Shown piece by piece: positions 15,333 through 17,968 of a DNA stretch of 17,968 bases. Numbering within the stretch: position 1 is the first letter of the stretch; each line of letters starts with the position of its first letter. The DNA comes from Chthonomonadales bacterium. Its GTDB lineage: Bacteria; Armatimonadota; Chthonomonadetes; Chthonomonadales; CAJBBX01. Below the pieces are notes generated by a model. It worked only from the letters and a program-made list of their open reading frames with translations. It was not told the origin of the DNA and did not search any database. The stretch lies in the NCBI GenBank assembly GCA_037443035.1, contig JBBIPC010000019.1, forward strand, positions 56,926 through 74,893. Reading direction: 5' to 3'. A program made the position numbers and the translations under genes.

Positions 15333-17161
15333 TCCAGAACCCGGAGCACAGCTTCAGCCGTCTTGTGATTGCCGAACGGCGGCATGACGTACACGCCCTG
15401 TGTGCGGTCCCGAACGTCGAGGAGGAACTGGCGCGCTACGTCCAGCCCGTACTTCCGCGCGTCCTTATCCTCGAGTTCAGCGATGCGTCTTCGGATGGGA
15501 TCTGGGATGCGAATGCCCGGCACTTCGTTATGCATGAACTCGGCATGCCGCGCACTTCGTAGGGGCAGGAGCCCAAAGAGGAAGGGAATGCCCAACTTGC
15601 CGCAGGCTTCGGCTGCTACATCCAAGACCGCAGCGTCGAAGATGGGCTGTGTGTAGACGATATCTGCGCCTTCGTCCACCTTGCGAGCAAGCCGATCCTT
15701 TTCCTTGTTCAGATTCGCGGCGAGAGGGTCGAACGCCACGGCGATGGTGAAGGCTGTCGCACCGCCGATACCTGCGCCGGCCAGGTCGAGTCCCTCGTTG
15801 AACCGACGGAGGATCCGCACCATACCGACGGAGTCGATGTCGTACACGGATGTCGCACTAGGATAGTCTCCGATGAGTGCCGGATCGCCGGTTACGGCGA
15901 GGATGTTCCTGATGCCTAGGGCATGCGCTCCCAGGAGATCGGCCTGTACCGCCAGGAGGTTTCTGTCTCGGCACGCGAAGTGCAGCATGGCTTCCACTCC
16001 GGTGCGCTCCTGTACAAGGTGGGCAACCGTCATGGCATTCATGCGCAGGCGAGCCCTGGCACCGTCCGAAATATCTATGACATCCACACCTGCTTGTTTC
16101 AGAGCAGCCGCCCCATCGAGGACTGTCTGGATGTCCAGACCGCGCGGCACATCCAGCTCCACGGCACGCAGGTAGACCTTGCCGATCTTTCGCCGGAATT
16201 GCGAGTACTCCGTTAGAGGTGCACGCTGCACCTCTACGACAGGAGGAGGAGCAACGGTGACCGGTCCATGGGGACGGGGTCGGAGTCCGCGATCGCGTAC
16301 CACCCGAGCAACAGCCAGAATGTGCTGGGCAGACGTGCCACAGCATCCACCGATGATTGCCGCACCAGCCTCCACGAGTACGCTCGCCTGCCGGCCGAAG
16401 TATTCAGGCGTCACCGCGTACCGTATCTCATCCCCGACTCGTTGTGGCAAGCCAGGGGTCGGCATGGCACTGAGGGGAACGTTTGTCTGTTTTGCCATCG
16501 CGCGAACGATCTGCACCATGCGCTGGGGACCGATGGCACAGTTGGCTCCTAAAGCGACTACTCCCTCCCACGAACCAACGGTAGCGGCGAACCGTTCCGG
16601 CAAACCCGCCTCGATGGTCTGCGCGTCTTCAACGAACACTTTCTGGATGATGAGCGGGACATCGGCGAGTGCATGGACCGTCTCGTAGGCGATGCGGAGC
16701 TCATCCATGTCATGGAATGTCTCCAGAATGATGAGGTCCACGCCTTCTGCCAACAGGATTTCGGCCTGCTCGCGGAACGCCTGGCGGGCCGCGTCCGGTG
16801 CCACGACACCAGACGGAGCCAGCGCCTTCCCACATGGACCCATGGCGCCCGCCACGAGAATGCCGTCACCAGCCACACGTCGGGCGATGCGAACGCCTGC
16901 TACGTTGATGTCTTTGCAGAAGCTGTCCATTGCGTATGCCGCCAGCTTGATGCGGTTGGCTCCGAACGTGTTCGTCTCGATTAACTCAGCGCCAGCCTCT
17001 ACGTACTCTCGGTGGGCTTCTTCAACCGTCCGAGGGTCGGTGAGATTGGCGTTCTCGTATGGGAGCGGTACGCGTCGCGCCGACAACAGCGTTCCCATGG
17101 CACCATCCGCCACGAGAACACGCCTTTGCAGACGCTGTGCGAGCTCGGTGATTGTGCGCAC
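15329..17161 (-). CDS. yitJ: Bifunctional homocysteine S-methyltransferase / 5,10-methylenetetrahydrofolate reductase
   Basis: 610 aa. HMT domain: VADGAMGTLL, IETNTFGAN, ETF, GANCAIGP, GGCCGT. MTHFR domain: VELDVP, HFACRDRN, NILAVTGDP, TQPIFD, HNEVPGI. GAGGAG RBS and GTG start. Confidence 0.93.
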   Translation of the reverse strand: MRTITELAQRLQRRVLVADGAMGTLLSARRVPLPYENANLTDPRTVEEAHREYVEAGAELIETNTFGANRIKLAAYAMDSFCKDINVAGVRIARRVAGDGILVAGAMGPCGKALAPSGVVAPDAARQAFREQAEILLAEGVDLIILETFHDMDELRIAYETVHALADVPLIIQKVFVEDAQTIEAGLPERFAATVGSWEGVVALGANCAIGPQRMVQIVRAMAKQTNVPLSAMPTPGLPQRVGDEIRYAVTPEYFGRQASVLVEAGAAIIGGCCGTSAQHILAVARVVRDRGLRPRPHGPVTVAPPPVVEVQRAPLTEYSQFRRKIGKVYLRAVELDVPRGLDIQTVLDGAAALKQAGVDVIDISDGARARLRMNAMTVAHLVQERTGVEAMLHFACRDRNLLAVQADLLGAHALGIRNILAVTGDPALIGDYPSATSVYDIDSVGMVRILRRFNEGLDLAGAGIGGATAFTIAVAFDPLAANLNKEKDRLARKVDEGADIVYTQPIFDAAVLDVAAEACGKLGIPFLFGLLPLRSARHAEFMHNEVPGIRIPDPIRRRIAELEDKDARKYGLDVARQFLLDVRDRTQGVYVMPPFGNHKTAEAVLRVLD

Positions 17162-17239
17162 CTTGGGCCGATCTCCTCTCTTTAGCCGTACTAATGACCG
17201 ACAGTCTACCCGCCAGTACTGGTGGTGAAATGGAGTCCC

Positions 17240-17710
17240 ATGAAACCTGGATTATTCGACATATCGCTATACAAACCGAGCAGCGTGCTGGTGCGTGCTT
17301 GTCCAGTGGCGTTCGTGACCCTCGCCGTCCTAAGTCTGGCGGCTGCGGTGCCGATGACAGACTGGGATCGTGCCAAGACCTTGGACGCTGGGATTCGTCG
17401 GTGGGCGGACCAGACCGGCTCGGCAGCGCTCCTGTATGCTGACGTCCGAGCGGATGGCAACTGGGTCCTCGTCACAGGCCGCATCCGCAACACCTCGCAT
17501 CGTCCACAGAGAGCGTTGGAGATGGTTGCAGTACTCGAAGACGACATGCAGACTCCTCTGACCATGCGCTCGGCGCTGACAAAGCCTACCGACGTGGAGC
17601 CATACGCGACAGTTGACTTCTACATTGCCCTCGACCGATGGCCCGGCGGCCGCCGCGTCTCACTGACCCTTCGACATCTAGAGGGAACCAGCTTCGCAAG
17701 GCGGGAGTGA
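17240..17710 (+). CDS. Exported/membrane-anchored hypothetical protein with FxLYD-like Ig-fold domain, about 156 aa
   Basis: Hydrophobic segment VAFVTLAVLSLAAA, then VTGRIRNTS...MVAVLED...VEPYATVDFYI, matching the V-x-G-x-V-x-N...D...P-G-x-x-x-x-F pattern of FxLYD domains. Alternative start GTG at 17222. Confidence 0.55.
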   Translation: MKPGLFDISLYKPSSVLVRACPVAFVTLAVLSLAAAVPMTDWDRAKTLDAGIRRWADQTGSAALLYADVRADGNWVLVTGRIRNTSHRPQRALEMVAVLEDDMQTPLTMRSALTKPTDVEPYATVDFYIALDRWPGGRRVSLTLRHLEGTSFARRE

Positions 17711-17847
17711 GGCGCTGCTCGTTGCATCCGGCGGCAACCTTCAGGGACGCATTCCCATCACCGGGAGGTGCCCGTCCGTGCATTCTCGCGTCGATCGGTG
17801 CGCCGACATGCCCCAGCCTAGCGACGTACTGCGCTCGACCGCCGGGC

Positions 17848-17949
17848 GTTTCGATACGCCCCGAAAGCCTTCGGGGCTACTCAACGACCGGCGGGGCAAG
17901 CATCGGTGGTTGAGTAGACCCGACCGCCTCTGTCGGGTCGTATCGAAAC
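17848..17949. repeat. REP doublet (REPIN-like): two inverted GTAG-tagged palindromic units
   Basis: GTTTCGATACG (17848-17858) is the exact reverse complement of CGTATCGAAAC (17939-17949). CTACTCAACGACCG (17877-17890) matches CGGTGGTTGAGTAG (17904-17917) at 13/14 as an inverted repeat. Each unit has an 8-bp hairpin: GCCCCGAA/TTCGGGGC and GACCCGAC/GTCGGGTC. Confidence 0.75.
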
Positions 17950-17968
17950 CACCGCCCGCAGCCTCACA

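Noticed and set aside
8265..17161. folP and yitJ as parts of a single folate/C1 cluster with the URO-D-family protein
   Set aside because: They sit in different transcription units kilobases apart and are ordinary housekeeping genes. Nothing in the sequence links them beyond proximity.
17638..17913. 91-aa ORF and possible tRNA/CRISPR in the right-end intergenic region
   Set aside because: The ORF is Pro/Arg/Gly-rich, overlaps the FxLYD-like gene and runs through the REP element. There is no cloverleaf or T-loop, and no direct repeat-spacer periodicity; the repeats are inverted.

Overview
A gene-dense, GC-rich bacterial chromosomal window. The lineage is uncertain; the gene content weakly suggests a sugar-degrading organism such as an Armatimonadota member. 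It holds 14 CDSs in four blocks. (1) A minus-strand sugar-catabolic operon (5926 to <1): L-fucose/L-arabinose-family isomerase, RhaT-family symporter, DUF4380-like protein, URO-D/MtaA-family protein, and a secreted GH71/GH99-like protein that the ORF track missed. (2) A divergent GH42-like enzyme with an inserted, apparently circularly permuted CBM-like domain and atypical catalytic motifs. (3) A minus-strand run (14435 to 8265): GATase-like/CE4 deacetylase fusion, DegT aminotransferase, radical SAM enzyme with a non-canonical CX5CX2C motif and SPASM/Twitch cysteines, a TPR protein ending in an NHLP-leader-like domain, and folP. A DUF1080 3-keto-glycoside-hydrolase-like gene is divergent from this run. 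(4) yitJ, an FxLYD-like exported protein, and a GTAG-type REP doublet at the right end. The best candidates for an undescribed system are the deacetylase/aminotransferase/radical SAM unit and the adjacent TPR-NHLP-like fusion. All family calls come from motif recognition by eye; no database searches were run.
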